In this document: in pieces, positions 24,520 through 36,780 of the stretch | Numbering within the stretch: position 1 is the first letter of the stretch | Layout of the letters: each line of letters starts with the position of its first letter | NCBI GenBank assembly: GCA_951406725.2 | Contig: OX597818.1 | Location: 112,034,001-112,098,000 of the forward strand | Origin: Octopus vulgaris | Taxonomy: Eukaryota | DNA length: 64,000 nt | Reading direction: 5' to 3' | Program-made: the position numbers and the translations under genes | Notes under the pieces: model-generated | The model's database searches: none | What the model was told of the DNA's origin: nothing | What the model saw: the letters and a program-made list of their open reading frames with translations, nothing else

Positions 24520-24847
24520 AAATATATATGTATATATATTTATAGACATGCATACATTTATATAAACTCATACACACATATATTGTGCTTATATATCTGT
24601 GCTTGTGTATGTTGGAAGAAGCGAACAGCGCTATCTATAAAGATCTGTGATGCTATATTTATAGTCGAAACGCTCAACACAGAACTAACCTCATAGAAGT
24701 AGAAGCAAAGGAATAGCAAAAACCAACATATTTATGTTATTTAAAAATATTCTCTTCCAATCATATTTATTCTGTTGAAGCTTGGAAAGTACATCAGACT
24801 TGGTAGGGAAAGTAGTATAAATAGCGTTCGGTTGCATACACGATATG

Positions 24848-24896
<49 letters not shown>

Positions 24897-24985
24897 CGTG
24901 CGTGCGCCCGTATTTATATATATGTGTATATAAAGTTAAACTTACTTGGAAATGTCTGCGTAGCGTTCAATCAAATAATAATATA

Positions 24986-25035
<50 letters not shown>

Positions 25036-25139
25036 CGGGAAGCTTTATGAAAATAGACAAAAGACGAAGGCAGGTGGAATACAAACAAACAATTGTATAT
25101 AAGAATTTATCAAGAATTCATTATTCATATATATATATA

Positions 25140-25390
25140 AGGAGTGGCTGTGTTGTAAGTAGCTTGCTTACCAACCACATGGTTCCGGGTTCATTCCCAC
25201 TGCGTGGCACCTTGGGCAAATGCCTTCTACTTTAGCCTCGGGCCGACCAAAGCCTTGTGAGTGGATTTGTTAGATGGTAACTGAAAGAAGCCCGTCGTAT
25301 ATATGTGTATATATATGTGTGCGCGTTTGTGTGTCTGTGTTTGTCCCCCCAACATCGCTTGACAACCGATGCTGGTGTGTTTACGTCCCT
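25140..25390 (+). mobile_element. SINE family 1, 3' truncated
   Basis: GGAGTGGCTGTGTTGTAAGTAGCTTGC head through GTTTACGTCCC. Confidence 0.92.
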
Positions 25391-26574
25391 TAGGAACCAA
25401 CAGGCCTGCATCTACATTTAAATGACATGGAATTTACTTCTTGGCCGAATCCAGAAATGGTGGCGGTGTCTTCGTCTCTCTCTCTCTCTCATTTCTCCAT
25501 CTGCACGTATATACGCAGACATATACCAATAAACATTTAAGGGACTCAAACAGTGTGATATGCACATATGTACATACAGGCACTCAGAGACCCACACAAA
25601 TATGCACGTATACACGTATATGTACACACATGTATGTCGAATGTACATGTGCGTTAGTATGTTCTTCGCCTTATTCATTAATTTTGTTCATGTATGTAAA
25701 CAAAATCTGATGTGTAGTAGAATTTTTCTACCACGTAGCCATTTTCCTTCTCTGACAAACAGATAAATGCTCTCTGTAGGCCTCAGGAAGAATTTTGGGG
25801 GAGAGTTATTTCCTTTGTACCCAAGTCTCCTCTCCACATCACTGAGGACGATCGCCAATTTGGTTCTTTGCTGCTTACCACCCATGATTACTCAAGAATG
25901 CAAAGAAACAGAGAAGGTATCACAATACCTCTTGGCTAACCTTCTCGAGCTTTTGCAATGCGCCACACTTGATAGCAGTGCTTTTATCAAGCCCGAAAAC
26001 ACGAGAAGTTGAGTCTTGGCGGATTTTGAACTCACAGTATAGAGATTTGGAAAAATACCTTTTGGTATTCTATCCAACACAATAACGATTTATCCATTTC
26101 GCTGCCTTAATTTTACAATATTATCAGAAATATGGTTCAAGAAATTCATGCGGACATCATTGATTCCTGCACTTTCCAAAGTTTCCTTGGGTATTCCTGT
26201 AGGCCCCTAGCTATGCAATAACACGAATGTATGCAATATTTTTCATCAGATTGGAAATACTTGTATCATACGTCTCTCGTAATCGGAGATATAAGAGATA
26301 GATTAGATTTTGCTATCCGTTTATCTTGTCTGCTTTGCAATATGTTTTTGATTGACTATCAGATATGTTTTAAGCTAATATATGGATGGAATTTAGGCGA
26401 TCGAAATATTCGTACTTAAATTCATACTTAATTATCAGACATTAGAAAATTGCTGTCCATATGGAAACAGCACACATCTGTTGTTTTATTGTCCCCTTGT
26501 TCATATAAGGAGTATCCGTAGTTAAATATGATGATGAAAAATATATCAAACAAAAATGTAAATAGAAGATAATA

Positions 26575-26775
26575 ATGGTTTTAAATTTTGTCACAAGGCC
26601 AGCAGTTTGTGAGGAGAAAGAGAGGTTGATTACATTGATTTCAATCCTTAACATATATTTATTTAATCGAACCCAACAGGTTAATAAGACGAAGTCAACC
26701 ACGGTCGAACATAAAGACAGACGAAACCCGCTTTGCATTTTCTTGGACGTGTAACGACTCAGTCAGCTTGCCGCC
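26575..26775 (-). mobile_element. SINE family 4, diverged
   Basis: TTTTGTCACAAGGCCAGCAG..GATTACATTGA..AAGTCAACC..CAGCTTGCCGCC. Confidence 0.6.
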
Positions 26776-28184
26776 AAACTGTTCTTTTTAATAATGTAGC
26801 TTCGAATTTACCATCTTCGAAGACAATACCCAGCTATGTCTCTATCCTGTGGAATACTTAAATATACCATAGAAAATTACATCTTAAGGATTTTGAAACG
26901 CGAAAGTTCCTAATTCCATAAAAAATTTGCCATTAAGGCATTACAAGAGTAGCTGCGGGCTGGACATATACATAGATGAGGTGAATGATGAAATAAGGAC
27001 GATTTTGATGAAAGAAAGCCAAAAAACGCCTGCCGATATTCTTCTTCTCTAAAACATTGTTCTTGTTTTTTTACAGAATAAACAAAGCGAGGTATTGAAC
27101 CTCTCACAACAGTTTTTTTTATAGTTTTTGGACTTAATAGTCCATTACAAATATTAACATGCAAAAAATATTCAATATACAATGAACACTAGTCCATTTA
27201 CAAATGAGGCGCTGGGCCTCTTACACTCACGTGAAAGTTCCTAATATCAACTGGAAACTATATCAGGAGATACCTGAATAGAAAAAGAAAAGGGGAAGAG
27301 CGATCTTTCAAGTATGTTATGAAATAAAATGGTATCTGTAATATAACAACTACGAAAAAAAAAGACATAAACTAGTGCTCAAGGCGTAGATGATATAATA
27401 CATGTTGGACGTGATTCCCTTCCATTTGAGAGACAAGTTTTTATGATATCCAAGGTCTGTTAGATACTTCTAGGTTTCACAAAAACACAGTAAAGATATA
27501 TAGCGGGGTTTTATGCTGATATTTACGCCGGATATTTGTGAAGTGTATTAACATTGACAAGCACAGTAGCCCATCTAGTATTTCTGACCAATACAGTATC
27601 AAGGTTATAATTTTTATCTAACAGCATGTGTTGGCTGCAAGATAAATTCTAGAATGAATGTGTTAGTGAAGCCGTTAATCTCTAAAGATGTAATTGAAAA
27701 TGTCAAATTTGGTTGTGTATACGCGGAAGAGATTACATCTGATCGGTAGCCATTGCAAAATGTCATGTACATATTATTTTACAGTTTTTTTTTTGTCTGA
27801 TGTTGCTATAGCAACATATACAAATACTATGTAGAGAGGACAGTCTTGTAATAAACATTGAACAAAAAATACTACTGATATCTAACTACATTCACAAGAT
27901 ACAATGTGAGAAGATATGGAATTCAAGTTTTGGCGCAAGGCCGGCAAGCTCAGGTTACGGGCTCAGTTATAGCGATGCCGCTAAGCATTTATTGGTAATA
28001 GGCTGACAATTCTGCCACTTCGCTGCCTTAACAATACGAGAACATATTGTTGACAGATTTCCATAAAACAGTATATATTTATGCAGGGTCAATATAGTTG
28101 TTAGGACGGAGACCAAACTTTATATGTGGTTGAAAAGAGCCGGTGAGGCGTCTGTAGATACAAGTGAAATTGGCGTCACAATTT

Positions 28185-28603
28185 GGACGACAGGAGTGGC
28201 TGTGTGGTAAGTAGCTTGCTTACCAACCACATGGTTCTGGGTTCAATCCCACTGCGTAGCACCCTGGGCAAGTGTCTTCTACTATAGCCTCAGGCTGACC
28301 AAAGCCTTGTGAGTGGATTTGGTAGATGGAAACTGAAAGAAACCCGTCGTATGTATGTATATATATGTGTGTATGTGTGTATATGTTTGTGTGTCTGTGT
28401 TTATCCCCCCAACATGGTTTGACAACCGATGCTTGTGTGTTTAAGTTCCCGTAACTTAGTTGTTCAGCAAAAGAGACCGATAGAATAAGTTCTAGGCTTA
28501 CAAAGAATAAGTCCTGGGGTTGATTTGCTCGACTAAAGGCGGTGCTCGAGCACGGCCGCAGTCAAATGACTGGAACAAGTAAAAGGGTAAAAGAGTAAAA
28601 GAG
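28185..28603 (+). mobile_element. SINE family 1, full length
   Basis: A and B boxes, CCCTGGGCAAGT core, internal microsatellite, GAGTAAAA tail. Confidence 0.95.
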
Positions 28604-28839
28604 ACAATCATTGCTGGATTTTGTTACTAAATGCTTCTGATAAACTGAAAGACAAATATGCTTTACAAAATAGACTAATATCAAAATCGTTCTGAATAAG
28701 GAAAAGTGAAAATATGTAATAATGATTAGTATAATTTATGTTCATATTTGTGTAAATTTTTATGCGAATATATTGTGTCTTTGGAACATATTTTAGGGAA
28801 ATGGATTGAAATTTAAAAATGAAGAAAGAAGAATCCTTT

Positions 28840-29235
28840 ATCCTTTATCTTTTATTGTTCACTTGTCCTAGTCATTAGACTGTGGCCTTCTGGGGCGCCG
28901 TCTTGAAAGAATCAACCTACACAAATCTACTTCAACACATATTTTTAAGTCCAGTATACTTTCCATCGGGCACATATGCCGAACCGCTAAGACAAGGGGA
29001 CATAAACGAACGAACATCGCTTGTCAAACGTGGGAGTGGAGACAAACACAAACACACATACACCATATATTCAATGGGCTTCAACTCATTTTTCTAGCAA
29101 TCAGATTAGGGTCACAAGGCTTTGGTCGGTCCGAGGTCATAGTAGAAGGCATTTGGCCAAGATGCCACGCAATGGAACTGAACTCCAATCTACCCGGCTT
29201 CAAACGCGTTTCTGGGTCATACAGACATACTTATA
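28840..29235 (-). mobile_element. SINE family 1, diverged
   Basis: GCCGAACCGCTAAG, CACAAGGCTTTGGTCGG, CCAAGATGCCACGC. Confidence 0.78.
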
Positions 29236-29624
29236 CCTAATATCCAAGCAAATAGCTGTAGAGATTTGACAGAACTGTTATACCTAGAAATATTCTTTGC
29301 CTCTCTCTCTCTCTCTCTCTCTCTCTGCTCTAAAATTCAATAGTTTCTAAGGTCGACATTGTCATTTCTCCCTTCAGAATCGATAAATAAATCATTAACC
29401 CTGTACTGAATCGATTCTTCCTCCCTAATTATTTTCCCCCTTGAAAAAAAAAATATCGCTGTATTTAACTGGAGAGTGGGGTGGATTCCTCAGAGCTAAA
29501 AACACCAAAGACGTCTTTACGACGGTAGCCCTTCGATTTATTAGGTATTTGAATGCTTAAGCGAGGAAGTGGCTGCATAAAACCCCTGAAGGGCCTTGTT
29601 GGTGTGAAGCACTATCTTTCAACT

Positions 29625-30020
29625 TTGATCTTTTACTTCTTTCACTGATTTCCCTGCCGCCTTGCTGGGGCACCATTTTGGAGGATTTCAGTCGAATGAC
29701 TCGACCTTAGATCATTTTGTTCTTCACAGAAAATGACTTATTCTATCGGTCACTTATTCCGAACTGCTAAGTTACCAGTACGTAAACATACCGACATTAA
29801 GAGGTGACGGGAGACTAACACAGATACAAAGACACACACACATACACACAAACACACTGACATGTATATATTCGAAGGGATTCTTTCAGTTTCCTTCTAT
29901 CAAATCTACTCACAAGTCTTTTTTCGGCTCGAGTGATCGTAGAAGACACCTGCCGAAGGCGCCACTCAGTGAGACTGAACCCGGAACCATGTGGTTGGAA
30001 ATATTTTACCAATTAGAGCA
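29625..30020 (-). mobile_element. SINE family 1, diverged
   Basis: GCTGGGGCACC, TTCTTTCAGTTTCC, GACTGAACCCGGAACCATGTGGTT. Confidence 0.78.
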
Positions 30021-30070
30021 TGCGATCTTTTCAGCAATTATATATAATCAGATTTTAATACTCGTAACTG

Positions 30071-30672
30071 TTATTTACATTATTTACATTTGACGAATAT
30101 TTGTCCTCATCTTGTTTGTTGTTAACACAACGTTTCGGCTGATATACGCTCCAGCCTTCATCAAAGTGGAGACCAACTCCCCCTGTGGGATGATGTTAAA
30201 ATAATAGACAGAGAACACCACTGGAAAATACGAAAACTAAAAGAAGCAGCACATATGCTAGGACACAACAATCTCTTAAGCAGACCGAGTGCAGATATGA
30301 GTAGCATATGGGAACCGGTATAAAGGAAGGATAGGAAAATACTAGATTTATAAGCCCTAAAATTCACCTCAAAATTGCCCACGGCATATGGTGTCGTGGT
30401 TGATAGCGCGGGCTACTAACCCCAAGATTCCGAGTTCGATTTAGGCAGTGACTTGAATAATAATAATAATAATAACATCGCAAAATAACTTCTTTCACAG
30501 AAACAGCTTTAAGCACTTCATCAGTAAATAATTAGAACCCAGGTTCGAAGGCTGGAGGGTATATTAGACGAAACGTTGTGTTAACAGGAAACAAGATGAG
30601 GACAAATATCCGTCAAATGTAAATAATGTAAATAATGTACATAGTTCCTCATCTCTTAAATATAGAACTGTA
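30071..30672 (+). mobile_element. Penelope-like insertion: inverted partial pLTR (30071..30163), GIY-YIG C-terminus (30164..30345), tRNA-like head, pLTR
   Basis: PLWDDVKIIDREHHWKIRKLKEAAHMLGHNNLLSRPSADMSSIWEP matches 4873..5100 in reverse; the two ends are inverted copies of the 19451..19876 repeat. Confidence 0.88.
30383..30452 (+). promoter_or_regulatory. tRNA-like sequence with Pol III A and B boxes inside the Penelope 3' region
   Basis: TGGTGTCGTGG (A box), GGG-CTACTAA-CCC anticodon-like arm, GAGTTCGATT (B box) at tRNA-like spacing; not a complete cloverleaf. Confidence 0.62.
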
Positions 30673-31322
30673 TTATCATAACTATTAATCTAACCTTTAC
30701 AATGTTTACATCTATACGGGATATGCACATTGTCTCACCTTATACTTGAAAGAGGAACCTTCGTTTCTAACAAACTATCGGTGATTAAACACTCACATCG
30801 GCTAAATGGATATGGCTAGTTTTAGTTAGAAGTATCCAGCTAGAAGTTAGCAAATGATGATGGGGGTCAAGCCAATGAGAAAAAGGGATCATAATGTAGA
30901 TATAAATATTGTAAGAACATGCAATGTACACTTTAAATACGAAGGTATTAGTCAGGTAAAATATAAGACATTGAAACACTTAATAATGCAACCAATAATA
31001 TACATAATTCATCGCATTTTTAAGACCCTAGGATGTCATTACCAAGGGGTAAATTTTGAAGATCAATGATCTGTGTAGAGACTTTCACAGTATGAGTTTA
31101 ATTGTATATCGGTTTAGATGAAACAAACAGACACGCTCATCTAATCTGAATTTTGTTCCAAAGCATCAGAAGGAAGAATTTGAAATCGGTGGTTAATATT
31201 CCTTTTTAGCTATCAATTATTTACTGATGAAGTGCTTAAAGCCGTTTCTGTGAAAGCGTGTTGTAAACTGATAGAAGTGGTAATCTCTAAGAGCAACGTT
31301 AATCCATCACAATTTAACATAC

Positions 31323-31373
<51 letters not shown>

Positions 31374-31684
31374 TCACATAACAGCATGTACGATCCAGCA
31401 GATATAAATGCAAAACCGAATACGATTGCTATACATCCTCATACAAGCGCAGGTGCTTACAATCACCCCCATATTAAAGCCATTAATACCGAAATCTTTT
31501 GAAGAAAATGCTTCAAGTGATTTCAGACCGTTGATAAATTTCACATTAATTTTGAAGTTCACATACGACCTAGAAGTGTGTCTGTGTTGCTCGCTGTGCT
31601 AGAAATAATGGTGAAATTTTCATCATATATTGTAGCTTCTTCAAAATAGATAAACTGAGTTAGTGCTGTATCGGAATACACAAT

Positions 31685-32145
<461 letters not shown>

Positions 32146-32547
32146 ATTATTATTATTATCATTATTAACATTTTTATTGCTCTTGTTGTTGTCCATCGTA
32201 ATGTTTATGTGCGTGTTTGCTTTCGTTTAAGATTCCTTTTTTAAAAATATTTGTTCGGAGTACTTGCCAATAAAAATTTAGATTCCTGTGGGTGTTAGCC
32301 ACGATAGCCAGAGGGTGGACGAAAAGGAAATCCTTTTACAAACTTCATATTTTATTTGCTTTCACATTTTAACGCTATTTTTTACATCGAAATGTCAAGG
32401 AGAGAAACAGTACGATGCGCTAAGCAACAAAACGAAACGAATACAACACTGTACCGAACAACTATGAAGACAGAAGATAATTATATTTCGTATTTCCTCA
32501 TATCAATGAACAATTACTACAAAACTAAAAGAAAAAAAATTGAACAG

Positions 32548-32956
32548 GCGCCGGCAAGAAGTTTGCCTCCCGACCACTGGGTTCCGGGTACAGGCCCACT
32601 GCGGAGCACTTTGAATCGGTGCATTATGAGTGGATTTGGCAGATGGAAATTGAAAACGCCCGTTGTATATATATATATATATATATATATGCACAAGTGT
32701 GTGTGTGTGTGTGTGTCTGTGTGTGTGTGTGTGCATGTGTGTGACTTTGTGTCTGTGTTTGTCTCTTACCACCGCTTGACAATGTGTCGGCTTGTCTACG
32801 TCACCGTGACTTAGCGGTTCGGCCATAGAGGCCAATAGAAAAAATCCCGGGCTTTAAAACAATTAGTACAGGAGTCGATTCATTCGACTAAAATATCATG
32901 AAGCCCGTGCCCCGGCATGGTCGCAGTTTAATGCCTGAAACAAGTAAAAGATAAAA
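32548..32956 (+). mobile_element. SINE family 1, diverged
   Basis: GGTTCCGGGTACAGGCCCACTGCG, GAGTGGATTTGG, CTTAGCGGTTCGGC, GAAACAAGTAAAAG. Confidence 0.8.
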
Positions 32957-33049
32957 TTAACGAAGACCTAGAAAAATAAAGCAAGAATAAGGAATATTTC
33001 GCGATACATTTAGCAGAATATGAAATTATTTCCAACATTAAAAGAAAAA

Positions 33050-33372
33050 TCTTTCGGGGTCGATTAAATAAGTACCAGTTACGCACTGGGGTCTATATAA
33101 TCGACTTAATCCCTTTGTCTGTCCTTGTTTGTCCCCTCTAGGTTTAGCCTCTTGTGGGCAATAAGGAAATAAGAAACGGTAGCACGCCGGGCAAAATGCT
33201 TAGCGGTATTTCCTCTGTTTTTACGTTCTGAGTTCAAATCCCGCCGAGTCGACTTTGCCTTTCATATATTCGGAGTCGATTAAATAAGTGCTAGTTATGC
33301 ATTGGGGTGGATGTAATCGACTTAATCCCTCCCCCCCCAATCTGCCTTTGTGGCAAATATTTGAAAGCGTTA
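33050..33372 (+). mobile_element. SINE family 4 head-to-tail dimer
   Basis: 3' half plus tail then a near-complete unit starting AAACGGTAGCACGCCGGGCAAAATGC. Confidence 0.8.
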
Positions 33373-34189
33373 TTATATCAACCATTGCATCAGATTTAAT
33401 CGTCCATCAACAAGATGGAGGATTAAATCTGAAAATAACCCCGTCAAGAATGATAAGGTCTCGCAAATATACATTATGCACAGACATCTATATACTACTA
33501 AGAGAAGCGAAGCCATGACATTCATTTTTAATACATACACGGACAAATAAATGCAGAGAGAGACATCCTCCGCCATTCACACGTATTTAATGAATGTCTG
33601 CATTCCTGCATTTAACGAATCAAAAACAAAGTTAATTTATTTCGTTTGCACGGAAATCAACTGCACATTTTTCGTCTGTATAATAACTAATTTCTTCAGT
33701 GTATCTTTAAAATTATCAATAATAATTCATATTTTTACATAGTTCTGCTTTTCACTATTTAATTCTCTGGTTACTTCACCTCTTCCTCTCAGTTTTTCTA
33801 CATATATATGTGTGAATGTGTGTGTGTATGTGTCTATGTGTGTGCGTCTGTATGCTTGTGTACTTGTGCACGTAGATGAGTGCAAGACACGCGCCATTTT
33901 CCTTATATGTTCTGATACACCGAAACACACCCGTTAACACTTTTGAGTGTATAGTAGGTAGCTTAACAATATTCCAATTTCATTTGGCGAAAAACTTTAG
34001 TGAGCGCTTGATTATCAATCTGTCGTTCCCATATTTGAATAAAAACATTTCACTAATAAAATCGCAGGATTAACATATAAATGTTTTGTCTTGATGGGCT
34101 GCAACAAATATTGTGCTTAATAACACAGATTATTTTCTTGTCAGTTGTTTGATCTGAATCCTTCGGATATGTGTCTTGCTGGCTGTCGA

Positions 34190-34563
34190 TCTGCACATTT
34201 CTATTTATGAGCAGGAGTAGTAGGGGAGCATTATAGCCATATGTTTTGAAGGGTTTTTTGGGGCTTGAATAATTCACTCCTAGAAGCATGGCTGTTTTGT
34301 TCATCATGTTTAAACAATCCTTCTGAGCAGGATGGGCCACTCGACTTCAAGAAACTCCTAACTAGGCCCCATCTGCTAAGAGATGCCTGTTTATCTTGAT
34401 GTGAAATCATCATGTCGCACAGATATGGTTGTGATACATGTTTCCGGTGTAGCTTTATCGGATGTGTAGTCATGATGGGTATATTACGTTTCGTATATTT
34501 GTTCCCTAGCATCACTTTGATGGCGTCTGCTGCTCTCTCACTTAATAATAATAATAATAATAA
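34190..34563 (+). mobile_element. Family F: non-coding TAA-tailed retroposon 3' end (probable LINE 3' UTR)
   Basis: Collinear with 45454..45810; both end GCTCTCTCACT(C/T)AATAATAAT. Confidence 0.72.
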
Positions 34564-35117
34564 TGTCTTCTACTGTAGATAGGAATTTAAAAGGGGCTGG
34601 TAGTAGTAGAGACAGTGATTCGAGATTTTCTTTTAAATCTGAATTCAGATTATCGTGTAAAATGTTTTGTTTTCATTCGGTTTGCAAACAACCGCCATCA
34701 GAAATATTTAATCGTCTGCTATATTATCCTACTATAGACATACTTCTCACCTATTTCTCGATAAATTTTTCATTGAAGCAGACAATCTTTGTAGTGCCAT
34801 ACCTTCACCGCACTTTGATCTTTCTCCAGAGTTGACTAATATCCAGAATTTTCTTTTGATTTGCAACACTCGCAAAATATGATTTAATGTTGTTTTTACT
34901 ATGGCAAATGTTTGTTCTTTCCCTTCTGAAATTTGTCTGCCTCTGTTTATAACTGGAATCGTTTGTTTCATTGTTTCAATGTTTCTAAAATCGATTTTCC
35001 AGTTTTTAAGTGTCTTTTTTGCATGTTCGCTACTTGCACAGTGGTAAGTAGCCTTCTACTCTGATTATATAGAATCATCACAAAGCAAACCAGAATGGAT
35101 ACTTGCCAGAAATAGGT

Positions 35118-35280
35118 ATAGGCGAAGATGTGGCTGCGTGGTAAGAAGCCTGCTTCGCAGCTATATTTTCAGGTTCAAGCACAGTGTTGCATCTTGGACA
35201 GGTGTCTTCTACTATAGCCTCCAGCAGACCAAAGTCTTGTGAGTGGATATGGTTCACGGAAACTGTAAGAAGCCCGTTTT
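35118..35280 (+). mobile_element. SINE family 1, 5' half
   Basis: GTGGCTGCGTGGTAAG..GTGTCTTCTACTATAGCC..GAAGCCCG. Confidence 0.8.
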
Positions 35281-35556
35281 TATATATCAGATCTAGCTCC
35301 TCACTAGTTTAGTGATTGAACTCAATTTAGGAACAGAAGACTTTTAAACCAAAAACCCATAAGCTTCATTCTTTCAAACAGAAGAAGGAATAATGAAATG
35401 GTTCAAATTATGGTAAAGACCACTAACTGATTAACACAACCAAAGCTGCGGGCTTGGGGCGGATCAAGAAAGATCCGAATGTGGCTTAGATTGATCACCA
35501 AAAGATGTGAGAAAGTATGATTTAGATCTTGAATCTGGGAATATTAGCCGTGAGTT

Positions 35557-35838
35557 GTGAAGGCGCATGGCTTAATGGTTAAAGGTATTCTGATCATAAT
35601 CGTGACGTGGTTGTGTTCTTGAACGAGACATTTTATTTCACGCTTCTCCATTCAGCTTGAAAAACGAGTTTTACTTGCAATTCAATGGGACTGGTTTTGT
35701 CAATTCTCTTAGAATTGCGTTAAGTGTATGCGTGTCTGCGGAGTGCTCAGCCACTTGCACGTTAATTTCACGAACTGGCTGTTCCATGGATCGAATCAAA
35801 TGGAACACTCGTCATGGTAACTGACAGAGCGCCAGTTA
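35557..35838 (+). mobile_element. tRNA-derived SINE sharing its 3' module with SINE family 3
   Basis: GGCGCATGGCTTAATGGTT head; GGAGTGCTCAGCCACTTGCACGTTAATTTCACG matches the reverse complement of about 47720..47760. Confidence 0.75.
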
Positions 35839-36026
35839 TTAGCCATGTGTGGGCCAGATCACTAACAAACATAAATTAAATACTTCATCAGTATGCGATT
35901 AAGAATATGAAAGTGGAAATGAAAGGGAATTATAAAACCTAACCTATTTCTGACCGAATAAACATGTCATGTGCTGATTCCCCATTTTCCAGTTTTTTTT
36001 TCCTGCCTGACGCTTACACATTAGAC

Positions 36027-36109
36027 AAGTGGTTCTTATTCTGAGGTCCGTGGAACCCTGGTGGTCCGTAAAGGTTATAGTGGGGGGTCCGTGACATAAA
36101 TTCAAGATT

Positions 36110-36164
<55 letters not shown>

Positions 36165-36250
36165 AAGATAGGCATATTAAAAGGGGCCCGTGAGAAAGCC
36201 CATTTAAATGAAAGGGTTAGAAATCACCGTGAAAAGCTTGGGAATCACAG
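36027..36250. mobile_element. hAT (Charlie-like) MITE
   Basis: Degenerate TIRs AAGTGGTTCTTA / TTGGGAATCACAG, subterminal GGTCCGTG repeats, 8-bp TSD CATTAGAC / CGTTAGAC. Confidence 0.7.
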
Positions 36251-36355
36251 CGTTAGACCAACATGTGAAAGAGGAGCGACTTTAGATACAAACGTCATGG
36301 AACGATTATCAATAAGCTCGTGTATATAGCGGACGCCAGTTGAACGCTACAGATG

Positions 36356-36412
<57 letters not shown>

Positions 36413-36413
<1 letters not shown>

Positions 36414-36552
36414 CTTTTCTCATTTACTTATTTCAGTCATTTGACTGTGGCCATGCTGGAGCACCGCCTTTAGTCGAGCAAATCGACCCCAGGACTTATT
36501 CTTTGTAAGCCTAGTATTTATTCTATCGGTCTCATTTGTCTAATCGCTAAGC
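36413..36552 (-). mobile_element. SINE family 1, 3' end
   Basis: CAGTCATTTGACTGTGGCCATGCTGGAGCACCGCCTTTAGTCGAGC. Confidence 0.9.
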
Positions 36553-36556
36553 TTAC

Positions 36557-36780
36557 CGGGCGATGTGTGTGTTTATGAGCAAAACACCTAAGCTCCGCAG
36601 AAGGTAATAGCGAACTTCTGCTGACTCTTTCGCCACAACTTTCACTCCCTCTTTCCTCCTGCATCTTGCAGCTCACCTGCGACGGACCGGCGTCCAGTCC
36701 AGGTAGGGAACTTATACGCCAAAGAAACCGGGAAACCGGCCCTTATGAGCCAAGCGTGGCTCGGGAAGGAACAAACAAAA
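36557..36780 (+). mobile_element. SINE family 2, 5' truncated
   Basis: Collinear with 62958..63193. Confidence 0.88.

Noticed and set aside
31215-31270. CTGATGA...GAAA hammerhead candidate
   Set aside because: No convincing stem II or stem I/III pairing
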